Positions 34,521 to 43,276 of a DNA stretch of 64,000 nucleotides are shown here, in pieces; within the stretch, counting starts at the first letter, position 1; each line of letters begins with the position of its first letter. The notes below the pieces were generated by a model, which saw only the letters and a program-made list of their open reading frames with translations, made no database searches and was not told the origin of the DNA. Source of the stretch: a virus; the IMG/VR virus record IMGVR_UViG_3300029305_000264, positions 1 to 64,000 of that record; one strand, written 5' to 3'. Both the position numbers and the translations under genes were made by a program.

Positions 34521-34685
34521 ATGGTTTATCACCACTTAAAGGATGGAACAATCACGAAAGACATTAGCGGAGTGACGGTGCCGCGAGAGATTACAGAAAG
34601 ACTTATTGACATTGCAAGGAATGCAAGAAAGGAGTGCAAAGATGGGAAAGGAAATGACACTTGCGGAAGCAGTAAGAAAGAATGA
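34521..34685 (+). CDS. 54-aa hypothetical small ORF
   Basis: Hand-translated; RBS ggaaggag 8 nt upstream; 3' end overlaps the next ORF by 44 nt, so uncertain. Confidence 0.35.
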   Translation: MVYHHLKDGTITKDISGVTVPREITERLIDIARNARKECKDGKGNDTCGSSKKE

Positions 34686-34791
34686 GGTTTTCGGTTATGA
34701 GTTTTTAATCGAGAACGGAGAAATCACCGGGGCGAATATTGAGGTTAAAGGAGAGGAAATATTCATCCCGGCGGAGTGGGGGTGCTTTTAA
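34642..34791 (+). CDS. hypothetical protein (49 aa)
   Basis: RBS aaaggag upstream of ATG 34642. Confidence 0.45.
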   Translation: MGKEMTLAEAVRKNEVFGYEFLIENGEITGANIEVKGEEIFIPAEWGCF

Positions 34792-34985
34792 TGGGAATCC
34801 CGGACAATTACAGCGAATGGGAGCGACACGATGCGGAGCAGGAAGCGGCATTGCACCTGCTTCCGGTATGCAGCGAATGTGGCGAACACATACAGGCGGA
34901 AACCTGCTTCGTGGTAAATGATGAGATTATCTGCGAAGAATGTATGGAACAATTCCGGAAGTATACGGATGATTTGATGCGATAG
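34791..34985 (+). CDS. hypothetical Zn-ribbon protein (64 aa)
   Basis: IPDNYSEWERHD…CSECG…CEEC. Confidence 0.5.
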   Translation: MGIPDNYSEWERHDAEQEAALHLLPVCSECGEHIQAETCFVVNDEIICEECMEQFRKYTDDLMR

Positions 34986-35102
34986 GGCATGAAAGGAGTA
35001 TATAAGGAATGATTCCCGACAATTACCGATGCGATGGGCAAATGAGCATTTTTGACTATTTACCGCAAAAGCAGCCAAGCGTTACGGAGAAAGGAGCAGA
35101 CG

Positions 35103-35339
35103 ATGAGCAAACAAACACAGACCGGGGATGTGCTTGCACATCTTATCAAACATGGAAGCATAACGAGCATCGAAGCAATTCAGAAATACGGATGCACCCG
35201 GTTGTCGGCAAGGATTTTCAATTACCGAAAGAAGGGGTATGAAATCGAAACCAAAAGAATCACGGTAAAAAACAGATATGAAAACGCGGCATCGGTTGCC
35301 GTGTACACGCTGATTTCAACGCCGGAAAAGGCAGGATAG
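35103..35339 (+). CDS. winged-helix DNA-binding protein (78 aa)
   Basis: GDVLAHLIKHGSITSIEAIQKYGCTRLSARIFNYRKKGYEI pattern; RBS gaaaggag. Confidence 0.6.
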   Translation: MSKQTQTGDVLAHLIKHGSITSIEAIQKYGCTRLSARIFNYRKKGYEIETKRITVKNRYENAASVAVYTLISTPEKAG

Positions 35340-35350
35340 GGGGTGAAGTG

Positions 35351-35440
35351 ATGGCGGTTCCGGTACAGATTACGGCGATTATATGTATCACCTTGGTTGC
35401 GCTTTGTATTTTAACCAAGGACAACAAAAAGGAAGATTAA
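35351..35440 (+). CDS. 29-aa small hydrophobic peptide (MAVPVQITAIICITLVALCILTKDNKKED)
   Basis: Hand-translated; homologous to the peptide at 1003-1119. Confidence 0.45.
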   Translation: MAVPVQITAIICITLVALCILTKDNKKED

Positions 35441-35466
35441 AAAAAGAGATAAGGAGTGTATGAGAA

Positions 35467-35673
35467 ATGGCAGGAACAACAATGACAATTAGTAATGGTG
35501 AGGGCGTATTGGTCCCGGTGTATGAATATGAGCAGTTGGTGCGCGACAGTGAAAGATTGTCGGTAGTGAAGAATTTGGTTGCAAATTCAAGTTATGTTGG
35601 CAAGGGTGATTTGCTTTTGGTCCTTGGTGTTGAGGAAGAACCGAAGGAGCAGGAAAAGGCAGGTGAGGAATAA
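35467..35673 (+). CDS. hypothetical protein (68 aa)
   Basis: RBS aaggag; operon context. Confidence 0.5.
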   Translation: MAGTTMTISNGEGVLVPVYEYEQLVRDSERLSVVKNLVANSSYVGKGDLLLVLGVEEEPKEQEKAGEE

Positions 35674-36134
35674 TGAATTTATTTGAGATTGATGCGGCAA
35701 TCCTTGATTGCGTGGATGTAGAAACCGGAGAGGTATTCGATGTGGACCGCTTCGAGGAACTGGAATTGACAAGGGAAGCGAAGATCGAGAATATCTGCCT
35801 TTGGATAAAGAACCTTAAAGCCGAAGCGGAAGCGTTAAAGGCGGAAAAGGATGCCTTTGCACAGCGGCAGAAGGCGGCGGAAAACAAGATGGAGAGTTTG
35901 AAGCGGTATATCTCCGGATATCTTGACGGAACGGCATTCGAGAGTGCGAAGGTAAAGGTTTCTTTTAGAAAGTCAGAATCTTTGGAAATTTCAGATGTAT
36001 ATAGAATCCCGGAAGATTTCTTGAAGTATCAAGAACCGTCCGTGGATAAGGCGGCATTGAAGAAGGCAATCAAGGATGGCGCAGCTATTGAGGGCGCGGA
36101 GATTGTCGAGAATTACAACATTCAGATTAAGTAA
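35673..36134 (+). CDS. Siphovirus Gp157-family protein
   Basis: MNLFEIDAAILDCVDVETGEV…ENICLWIKNLKAEAEALKAEKDAF… typical of Gp157. Confidence 0.7.
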   Translation: MNLFEIDAAILDCVDVETGEVFDVDRFEELELTREAKIENICLWIKNLKAEAEALKAEKDAFAQRQKAAENKMESLKRYISGYLDGTAFESAKVKVSFRKSESLEISDVYRIPEDFLKYQEPSVDKAALKKAIKDGAAIEGAEIVENYNIQIK

Positions 36135-36147
36135 AGGGGGCGGCATT

Positions 36148-36672
36148 ATGGATTTGAAGTTTAGAACACTGAATGCAAACGAGATTGATTGCCGGGTGGC
36201 AACCATCAATCAGAAGGGCTTATCACTTCTTTTGTATAAGGATGCGCGAGTAGATCAGAACATTCTTGATGAAACAGTCGGTCCTATGAACTGGCAACGG
36301 CACCACAGCCGCGACAATGCAAACTGCACCGTTGCCCTTTGGGATGAAGATAAGCGGCAGTGGATAGAGAAGGAAGATACCGGAAAGGAATCTTTCACCG
36401 AAGCTGAAAAGGGGCTTGCATCCGATTCCTTCAAGCGTGCCTGCTTTAATTGGGGCATCGGGCGTGAATTGTATTCCGCACCGTTTATATGGATTTCTGC
36501 CGAAAACGCGGATATCAAACAGGGCGGAAGCGGCAAGTACCAGTGCTACGACAAATTCGCGGTGGAGCAGATTCTTTATGACGAAAGCAGGAACATTGTT
36601 GCACTGTCTATCAAGAACACATCCAAAGGGAAAAGGGTGTTTTTGATGGATAACAGGAAGAAGGATGCGTGA
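36148..36672 (+). CDS. Rad52/22-family single-strand annealing protein (Sak-like)
   Basis: EKGLASDSFKRACFNWGIGRELY and LLLYKDARVDQNILDE patterns; start ATG 36148. Confidence 0.75.
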   Translation: MDLKFRTLNANEIDCRVATINQKGLSLLLYKDARVDQNILDETVGPMNWQRHHSRDNANCTVALWDEDKRQWIEKEDTGKESFTEAEKGLASDSFKRACFNWGIGRELYSAPFIWISAENADIKQGGSGKYQCYDKFAVEQILYDESRNIVALSIKNTSKGKRVFLMDNRKKDA

Positions 36673-37217
36673 TGGAGTTTACCGGAAAATTAGTCGGCAT
36701 CACGAAGAACTGGCAAACAGACAAGTTCCAAATCACCTTCACGGTGAACGAGCATTCTGCAATCCAAGCGGCAAATGATATCCAATCATGTGAACGGTTG
36801 AGTATCCGCGCTGTGAAGCACCGGGCGAAGCGGTCCTTGGATGCAAACGCTTTATTGTGGGTATGCCTTGGAAAGATTGCGGATGCAATGGAAACACCCA
36901 CGGACAAATGGGAAATATACCTGCGGATGCTTAAACGGTATGGGAAGTATACGCATATTTGCGTGAAACCGAATGTTGTTGATGCGGTAAAGGCGCAATG
37001 GCGCGAATGCGAAGTGATCGGGGAAGTGAACATAAACGGACAGAAAGCGGTTCAGATGCTTTGCTATTTCGGAAGCAGTACATACGATACAAAGGAGTTC
37101 AGCCGCCTTCTTGATGGCGTGATTTCCGAAATGCAGGAAATGAAACTTGAAACGCCTGCATCCGAGGATATGCGCCGGGCGTTGGAACAATGGGAGAAAA
37201 TGAGCAATGGAAATTAG
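36672..37217 (+). CDS. ninB: NinB/Orf-family recombination mediator
   Basis: HRAKRSLDANALLWVCLGKIA aligns with lambda NinB RSLDQNRKLWACLGDV. Confidence 0.7.
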   Translation: MEFTGKLVGITKNWQTDKFQITFTVNEHSAIQAANDIQSCERLSIRAVKHRAKRSLDANALLWVCLGKIADAMETPTDKWEIYLRMLKRYGKYTHICVKPNVVDAVKAQWRECEVIGEVNINGQKAVQMLCYFGSSTYDTKEFSRLLDGVISEMQEMKLETPASEDMRRALEQWEKMSNGN

Positions 37218-37656
37218 ACCAATTACATTTAGAGAAGCGTGCGATTTTATCAATAAGCACCATAGACACCATAAAGCAACGGTTGGATGCAAGTTTTCAT
37301 TAGGGCTGTATAAAGAAGAAAAATTAGTTGGTTGCGCTGTGTGCGGCAGACCTGTATCAAGGCACTTTGATAATGGAATCACTTGCGAGATTAACAGACT
37401 ATGCACGGACGGAACATATAATGCCTGTTCTATGCTGTATGGGGCTTGTTGCAGGGTTGCAAAAGAAATGGGTTACACGAAAATCATTACATATATTCTC
37501 GAAAGCGAGAATGGCGCAAGTTTGAAGGCAAGTGGCTTTATATGCGAAGGGAAAGCAGGCGGAACACACTGGACCGGAAAACGAAACAGAGGGCAAGAGA
37601 TACCAAGTGAATTTAAAACAAGATGGGTTCGCATTCTTAGAAAGGGCGAACAATGA
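37207..37656 (+). CDS. XF1762-type GNAT-fold protein (function unknown)
   Basis: FINKHHRHHKATVGCKFSLGLY…EINRLCTDG…GYTKIITYILESENGASLKASGF pattern; overlaps the ninB stop. Confidence 0.5.
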   Translation: MEIRPITFREACDFINKHHRHHKATVGCKFSLGLYKEEKLVGCAVCGRPVSRHFDNGITCEINRLCTDGTYNACSMLYGACCRVAKEMGYTKIITYILESENGASLKASGFICEGKAGGTHWTGKRNRGQEIPSEFKTRWVRILRKGEQ

Positions 37657-37940
37657 AAAGATTACATAGTGTATTTACCGATGATATGGACCATTGCATG
37701 TTTACCGGGAGCGCCCCGGTGGAACGGCATCACATTTTTGGTGGAAGCAACAGAAAGAAATGTGAGAAATACGGCTTTATTGCCCCATTAAGACCGGATT
37801 TGCACCCAAACGGAGTATTTGCCGGGAAGGATGCAAAAGGCGTTGATTTGGCACTAAAAACAAAGGCACAAGCCTATTATGAAGAACACTACGGAACGAG
37901 GGAAGATTTCATCCGTGAGTTTGGGAAATCGTATTTATAA
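37653..37940 (+). CDS. small protein with His-Me-finger (HNH)-like motif
   Basis: DHCMFTG…VERHHIFGGSNRKKCEKYGFIAPLRPDLH; assignment tentative. Confidence 0.35.
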   Translation: MKRLHSVFTDDMDHCMFTGSAPVERHHIFGGSNRKKCEKYGFIAPLRPDLHPNGVFAGKDAKGVDLALKTKAQAYYEEHYGTREDFIREFGKSYL

Positions 37941-38088
37941 GCCCACAACAGCTTGATACAAACCGTCTGCAAGCTGTTTGGAATATGCACCACTTCTGAT
38001 TTTGCATATCACATCCGGTGCATTTGGTTCTACAAAACTATTCAAATCTCCCTACGGCTGTCAACCGTGGGGAGAGAAAGGAGAAAAC

Positions 38089-38691
38089 ATGAATCCCAAC
38101 ATTGCAAGGGTTAAGGCAATAGAGAAAAAGAACAAGGAAAGATTGCGCGCGATCAATCCGGCACTGGATGAAGGAAGCGGAATATACTTCCTGCTTCGGA
38201 ATGACGAAAGCGGCATCCGGTACGCATATATCGGGCAGGCGAAGCATATTTTGACACGCCTTGCACAGCATCTTGTCGGATATCAGCATATCGACTTGTC
38301 ACTGAAAAAGCGCGGATTGTTTGCGGAAGGCAATCCCTGCGGTTGGAAAGTTTGTGCAATGCACTTCCCGGAATCACAGCTTGACGAAAAGGAACAGCAC
38401 TACATACAGAAATACGCTTTAAACGGTTATCAGCTTTTAAATAAGACCGCAGGCGGACAAGGGGAAGGGAAATCACAGATTCACGAATACAAGCCTTCTA
38501 AGGGGTATAGAGAGGGTTTAAAGCAGGGGTACAAAAACGCAAGCCGGGAGATTTCGAATCTATTTGAAAAACATTTGAATGTATCACGGAAAAGTGAGAA
38601 ACCGAACAAAACACAGGAAAAGGCACTTTTGAAATTCAATGATTTTTTGAATTTTCATAAGGTGGAAAGTGAGGAGCCGGAAAATGATTAA
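38089..38691 (+). CDS. GIY-YIG nuclease family protein
   Basis: GIYFLLRNDESGIRYAYIGQAKHILTRLAQH … EKEQHYIQKYALNGYQLLN; start ATG 38089 (RBS gaaaggag). Confidence 0.75.
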   Translation: MNPNIARVKAIEKKNKERLRAINPALDEGSGIYFLLRNDESGIRYAYIGQAKHILTRLAQHLVGYQHIDLSLKKRGLFAEGNPCGWKVCAMHFPESQLDEKEQHYIQKYALNGYQLLNKTAGGQGEGKSQIHEYKPSKGYREGLKQGYKNASREISNLFEKHLNVSRKSEKPNKTQEKALLKFNDFLNFHKVESEEPEND

Positions 38692-39139
38692 GGAGTGTGG
38701 ATTTTGCGGAAAGCCTTTCGAGGTTGACGAAAAAAACCATGACGAAGTAAGAAGAAAATATTGCAGTGAAACTTGCCGATGCGGTGCAAGAAACAAACAG
38801 AACGCGGAGCGAATCAAAATCGGAAAGAAACAGTATAATGTCGAATGCGAAATCTGCGGAAAAGTGTTCATGACAAACAAATCAATAAAGTATACTTGCA
38901 GTCCGGAATGTAAGCAGAAACGGCATAATCTCATGCTAAGGAAAAACAACCAAGCGCGCCGGGAAGCAATAAAGAACGGCACCATTCCGAAGCCAGTGCG
39001 GAAGAAGCAGAAGAAGGTTGAAACACTTGCCGAGGTACAGCGGAAGGCAAGGGAAGCCGGAATGAGTTACGGACAGTATGTGCAGGCGGAGTACATAAGA
39101 AGAATGCAGGAAGGGAGAATGAAGGATGGCGGAGCGTAG
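38684..39139 (+). CDS. double zinc-ribbon / GMSYGQY-helix protein (paralog of 6833-7294)
   Basis: CGFCG…CSETC, CEICG…CSPEC, Lys-rich linker, REAGMSYGQYVQAEYIRR. Confidence 0.6.
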   Translation: MIKECGFCGKPFEVDEKNHDEVRRKYCSETCRCGARNKQNAERIKIGKKQYNVECEICGKVFMTNKSIKYTCSPECKQKRHNLMLRKNNQARREAIKNGTIPKPVRKKQKKVETLAEVQRKAREAGMSYGQYVQAEYIRRMQEGRMKDGGA

Positions 39140-39980
39140 AATGTTTACAAAGAAGGTTACGGATGATGATAATTTCATGGCGTTATCTTCATCGGCGCAG
39201 GCATTATATCTCCATTTGTCAATGAGTGCGGATGATGATGGATTTTGCAATCAAGTATCAATATCCATGTTCAAAGCGCATGCAAGCGTGCAAGACTTAC
39301 AGGCACTTTTAGAGAAAAGATATATCTATCAATTCGAAAACGGTGTAATTGTTATAAAGCATTGGAGAATGGCAAACGCGCTAAGAAAAGACAGATATAC
39401 ACCAACAGCATTTCAAGAGGAATTGGCGCATTTGGATATCAAAGAAAACGGCGCTTACACTTGGTTGCCAAATGGTTGCCAAGTGGTTGCCGAACGGTTG
39501 CCACAGGATAGGATAGGTAAGGATAGTATAGGTAAAGATAGTTTAGTAGATATTATTCCGGATTCTGCCGAACCGGAACCACCTGCCCCGAAAAAGAAAC
39601 CTGTCAAGCATAAATACGGTGAATACAAAAATGTACTTCTTACCGATGAGGAAATGGAAAAGCTGAAAGCAGAATATCCGGACCTTCCGGATCGTATCGA
39701 AAGACTTTCTTCCTATGTGGCATCAACCGGAAAGAGTTATAAAAGCCACTATGCAACCATCCGGAATTGGGCGCGTAAGGATGCAGAGAAACCGGGCAGA
39801 AAAGAAATCGTTCCTTCGTGGATGAACAAAAAGAATCAGTTTAATAATTTCCCGGAAAGACCTTCGGAAGATATAGGAGATTTGGAAGCGGCATTGTTGG
39901 GAGCCCCAAAAACAGCGGCGAATGATGAAGAAATCCGCAGAAGGGCGCAGGCATTAAAAGAACAATTTGGGGGTGCATGA
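39126..39980 (+). CDS. phage replisome organizer (N-terminal domain family) / DnaD-like
   Basis: RRMFTKKVTDDDNFMALSSSAQALYLHLSMSADDDGFCN signature; iterons inside the gene. Confidence 0.75.
   Translation: MAERRMFTKKVTDDDNFMALSSSAQALYLHLSMSADDDGFCNQVSISMFKAHASVQDLQALLEKRYIYQFENGVIVIKHWRMANALRKDRYTPTAFQEELAHLDIKENGAYTWLPNGCQVVAERLPQDRIGKDSIGKDSLVDIIPDSAEPEPPAPKKKPVKHKYGEYKNVLLTDEEMEKLKAEYPDLPDRIERLSSYVASTGKSYKSHYATIRNWARKDAEKPGRKEIVPSWMNKKNQFNNFPERPSEDIGDLEAALLGAPKTAANDEEIRRRAQALKEQFGGA
39463..39541. repeat. Iterons: GGTTGCC x4 at exact 11-bp spacing, then GGATAG / ATAGGTAA repeats (putative ori of prophage 2)
   Basis: GGTTGCC at 39463, 39474, 39485, 39496; GGATAG at 39506, 39511, 39521; ATAGGTAA at 39513 and 39528. 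Confidence 0.6.
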
Positions 39981-40432
39981 TGAAGGCTATTGATTACTTA
40001 GAACAGATCGAGAAGATGGATGCCAAAATCGAAACCAAGATGGAAGAATTGGAACGCCTGCAAGCATTGGCGGAGAAAACCACAGCTTCCCTTGGTGGTG
40101 AGAGGGTACAGGCATCCGGGAGCCAAACCAAACTGGAAGATTGCGTGATTAAGATTGTGAAGGTACAGAGTGAGATAAACGCAAGCATTGATAGGTTGGT
40201 AGATTACAAGAAAGAAGCAATGGAACTTATAGACCGTGCCTGCGATGCAGACTGCATCCGGTTATTGTACAAGCGGTATTTTTCGCGCATGAAGTGGGAA
40301 GAAATCGCGGTGGATATGAACTATACATATCAATGGATTTCCGGCGGACTGCATCAAAGGGCATTATCGCAGGTGCAAAAGGCACTGGATGAAAGGAGCA
40401 GAAATGACAGAGGAACAGAAAAGGAAGGTTAA
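39977..40432 (+). CDS. DUF1492 / sigma-70 region-4-like transcriptional regulator
   Basis: MMKAIDYLEQIEKMDAKIETK… homolog of 5207-5632. Confidence 0.6.
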   Translation: MMKAIDYLEQIEKMDAKIETKMEELERLQALAEKTTASLGGERVQASGSQTKLEDCVIKIVKVQSEINASIDRLVDYKKEAMELIDRACDADCIRLLYKRYFSRMKWEEIAVDMNYTYQWISGGLHQRALSQVQKALDERSRNDRGTEKEG

Positions 40433-40703
40433 GGGGATTGCGGTATATTACGGAATAAAGTCGCAGGAGCAGGTTGCAATCGAGGAATGCGCGGAACTGA
40501 TACAGGCAATCACCAAGAGCAACCGGAGAAAGGACAGTGCAAAGGAATTTGTTGCAAGTATATCGGATATTGCCGAGGAGATTGCCGATGTGCTGATTAT
40601 GTGCGAGCAGCTTGCCTATTTGTACGGAATCGAAGCTGTAGTAAATGAGCAGATAGATTTCAAGATTGCCCGGCAGTTGGACCGGATGGAGAAAGGACAA
40701 TAA
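40404..40703 (+). CDS. MazG-like small all-alpha NTP pyrophosphohydrolase-type protein
   Basis: IEECAELIQAITK…EEIADVLIMCEQL pattern; start ATG 40404. Confidence 0.5.
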   Translation: MTEEQKRKVKGIAVYYGIKSQEQVAIEECAELIQAITKSNRRKDSAKEFVASISDIAEEIADVLIMCEQLAYLYGIEAVVNEQIDFKIARQLDRMEKGQ

Positions 40704-41126
40704 ATGATTAAACAATGCAGGCATTGCGGCGGAAATTTTGAAGTGGATGCAAGCAATCAACACGAAAGAAGAATGGAGTATTGTTCCCAAAGATGCAGGA
40801 ACCGGGCGCACAAAGAGAGGAAGAAATTAGGTCCGGTGGAATTTGATAAAATCTGCCTTGAATGCGGCAAGGCGTACAAGGCGAAAAGATGCGACAGCGT
40901 TACTTGTAGTCCGGAATGCAATACCGAGAGAAACAAAAGGCGATCAAGGGAACAGGGTGCTGTATACCGTGAAAAAATGAGGGCGGAACGGTTGATGCTA
41001 AAAGCGCAACCGAAACCGAAGCCCATCGAAACCATTGACGAGATACAAGCCAAGGCAAAGGCAATGGGAATGAGTTACGGAAAATACCTTGCCTATGTGC
41101 AGATGCAGAAAGGAGCGTTGAAATGA
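40704..41126 (+). CDS. double zinc-ribbon / GMSYG helix protein (paralog)
   Basis: CRHCGG…CSQRC, CLECG…CSPEC, AKAMGMSYGKYLAYVQMQ. Confidence 0.6.
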   Translation: MIKQCRHCGGNFEVDASNQHERRMEYCSQRCRNRAHKERKKLGPVEFDKICLECGKAYKAKRCDSVTCSPECNTERNKRRSREQGAVYREKMRAERLMLKAQPKPKPIETIDEIQAKAKAMGMSYGKYLAYVQMQKGALK

Positions 41127-41686
41127 TAGTAAGCAATGTAAATGTATACGGATTCGACAGTGCCGTGCGAGGCAGCAAGTTCCCAATGGCAACCACGGTA
41201 GAAGAATTAAACAGCAAAATTGTACCTACTACATATAAACTTGCGGTTTGCGAGAAGGGAAGCGGACACGATCAGTTTTTGACAGGTATTATCGTGCAGT
41301 TTGATTTGACATTCACTGTTAAGGCATGGACGGAAGCGGAACGATACCATTTTCTTGATTTTATTTCAAGTCAATCTACTATGCACCGGATAGCGAAGTT
41401 CGATTTAGACAATCAGTACAGCGAATATACGGATAAGCGTATGATTGCCATTATGAACGAGTTAAAGGATAGGTACAATGAAACGCAGGATTCGGAAGAT
41501 TATTTGCGACTTTTGTATTCTAATCCGTGCGGCTTTAAACTTACGGCGGCAATGACTACAAATTATCGGCAGTTAAAGACGATTTATTCGCAGAGGAAGA
41601 ACCACAGATTGCCGGAGTGGAGAGAGTTCTGTGCATGGGTGGAAACCTTGCCGTATGCAGAATTTATCACCGGGAAAGGAGAGTAA
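41123..41686 (+). CDS. divergent ThyX-fold (FAD-dependent thymidylate synthase-like) protein with a degenerate signature
   Basis: SGHDQFLTGIIVQFDLTFTVKAWTEAERYHFLDFISSQSTMHR and TTNYRQLKTIYSQRKNHRLPEWREF align by eye with ThyX HGHETPFEH…RHRxxSxxxxSxR and NARSLMNF…AQWEI. Confidence 0.45.
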   Translation: MIVSNVNVYGFDSAVRGSKFPMATTVEELNSKIVPTTYKLAVCEKGSGHDQFLTGIIVQFDLTFTVKAWTEAERYHFLDFISSQSTMHRIAKFDLDNQYSEYTDKRMIAIMNELKDRYNETQDSEDYLRLLYSNPCGFKLTAAMTTNYRQLKTIYSQRKNHRLPEWREFCAWVETLPYAEFITGKGE

Positions 41687-41688
41687 GT

Positions 41689-42204
41689 ATGTTTAAAGTT
41701 GGTGAAGAAGTTTTAATCAGATCAAAGGTATTAGAAGTAAATCCGGCAAACTTGACCTATGATTGCGAAATTGGAATCGGAGGAAGAAGATATGGCTACG
41801 AAATTCCGGCAGAGTGCATTGTTTTTACAGACAAAACCTATTCTGACGGTTTGAACGATGCGTGGGAGTTGGCGAAGAAGATTTACGACACAACACACGC
41901 AGATAGAAACAAAATATTCGGTATGGATAATTCTTGTAACGGAATAAAGAATGTGTTCGATATGTTCAAACCGGAAGAAGCCCTTGCCAAAATCGAAGCC
42001 TATGAGAAGGAAAAGGAAATCAAGGTGGGGGATGTGGTAGAGGATGAAGAAGGAACAAAGGCACTTGTCATTGACGAAGCCACAGAAAACACTTGCTTTG
42101 TTTTTACGGAAAACGGATGTGTTGAGGATTGGTACAAAATGGATTTGAAAAAGACCGGAAATAAAATTTCGATTGAATCATTGCTTCGGCAGATTGGAGA
42201 GTGA
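41689..42204 (+). CDS. hypothetical protein (171 aa)
   Basis: Start ATG 41689 (RBS ggaaaggag). Confidence 0.5.
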   Translation: MFKVGEEVLIRSKVLEVNPANLTYDCEIGIGGRRYGYEIPAECIVFTDKTYSDGLNDAWELAKKIYDTTHADRNKIFGMDNSCNGIKNVFDMFKPEEALAKIEAYEKEKEIKVGDVVEDEEGTKALVIDEATENTCFVFTENGCVEDWYKMDLKKTGNKISIESLLRQIGE

Positions 42205-42208
42205 CGGA

Positions 42209-42382
42209 ATGAAGGACACTAGAGAATCACTAAAGCGGAAGTACAGAGCCGGGGAGATTACCGTAATTGAATTTCGGGATGGTTTGCAGGAAATCGAAGC
42301 CAAAGACCGAGAGCAACGAGAAAAACTGATAGAACGGTTAGAGCAGGAAAGCGAGGTAAGCGGAAATGAGTATGATTTTTAA
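42209..42382 (+). CDS. conserved hypothetical (57 aa), homolog of 5629-5784
   Basis: MKDTRESLKRKYRAGEITVIEFRDGLQEIEAKDRE. Confidence 0.55.
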   Translation: MKDTRESLKRKYRAGEITVIEFRDGLQEIEAKDREQREKLIERLEQESEVSGNEYDF

Positions 42383-42665
42383 TGATTTGAAAGAAAATGA
42401 AGATAATTTTTGTTTTGGTGGTTACATGAACGCATTGCCAGTTCAAAAGAAAAATACGGACATTGAAGAATTAAAGGCATACAGAGCAATCGGCACTGTT
42501 TCCGAGTTCCGAGAGTTGAAGGAAAAGGCAACGGCAAAGAGGCCGAAAACGAAAAAGTATGTTTGTCCAAACTGCAAAAGAACACTGAATGTAACGAGGT
42601 ATGATACTTATTGTGAGATTTGTTGCGGAAGGCTGTATGTTGATTGGAGCGAAGGAAAGGAGTGA
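42366..42665 (+). CDS. hypothetical Zn-ribbon protein, homolog of 6019-6300
   Basis: YRAIGTVSEFRELKEKA…CPNCK…CEICCG. Confidence 0.55.
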   Translation: MSMIFNDLKENEDNFCFGGYMNALPVQKKNTDIEELKAYRAIGTVSEFRELKEKATAKRPKTKKYVCPNCKRTLNVTRYDTYCEICCGRLYVDWSEGKE

Positions 42666-42669
42666 TAGC

Positions 42670-42912
42670 ATGGACAGAAATTGTGATAAGTGCATCCACC
42701 ACACAAGCGGAACGTGCGATTCTTGGAATTGCAAGATGCAGACGGTGGAAGGATTGGTAAAGGAAACGAGAGCAAAGGCAATCGAGGAATTTTCGGAACA
42801 GATAAAGGCAAGAGCGCATTCCACGGAGAGAAACGATTGGAGCGCAGATTACATGATTAGCATTTGGGAAAGCGTGATTGATGAAATCACAAATGAACTG
42901 AAAGGAGAGTGA
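42670..42912 (+). CDS. hypothetical Cys-rich protein (80 aa)
   Basis: MDRNCDKCIHHTSGTCDSWNC; start ATG 42670. Confidence 0.5.
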   Translation: MDRNCDKCIHHTSGTCDSWNCKMQTVEGLVKETRAKAIEEFSEQIKARAHSTERNDWSADYMISIWESVIDEITNELKGE

Positions 42913-42916
42913 TACC

Positions 42917-43273
42917 ATGCGTATAGAGATTGAGATACCGAAGGAGTTTGAGGGAGATTACGATGCGGATAGGTTTAGTGATTTCTTTTCAAGAGCCGTG
43001 ATTGACATTGAAACCATGCAAGGAATGTGTGGTAGATATGAAGTGGAAACCGCAGAAATGCTCCGAAAGGCTTTTGTGGAGAGTAAACTTGCCTACGATG
43101 TGGAAGCGGTGGTTGCGGAACTGGAAGTAGAAAAAGAACGACACGAAAAGGATAGAACATATTGGTCTGAACACTCATGGAAAGATTCACTTATGTATAA
43201 CGAGTGCGATATGAGCGACAGAAAGGCGGATTGTTTTGATGCGGCAATCTCGATTGTCCGAGGAAAGGAGTAA
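42917..43273 (+). CDS. hypothetical protein (118 aa)
   Basis: Operon context, RBS ggagag. Confidence 0.5.
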   Translation: MRIEIEIPKEFEGDYDADRFSDFFSRAVIDIETMQGMCGRYEVETAEMLRKAFVESKLAYDVEAVVAELEVEKERHEKDRTYWSEHSWKDSLMYNECDMSDRKADCFDAAISIVRGKE

Positions 43274-43276
43274 GGG

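Noticed and set aside
35009-35242. 77-aa ORF beginning MIPDNYRCDGQMSIFDYL
   Set aside because: Its 3' 140 nt overlap the well-supported winged-helix gene (35103-35339) in another frame. Only the first ~30 codons could be real, and I found no support for a frameshift fusion.
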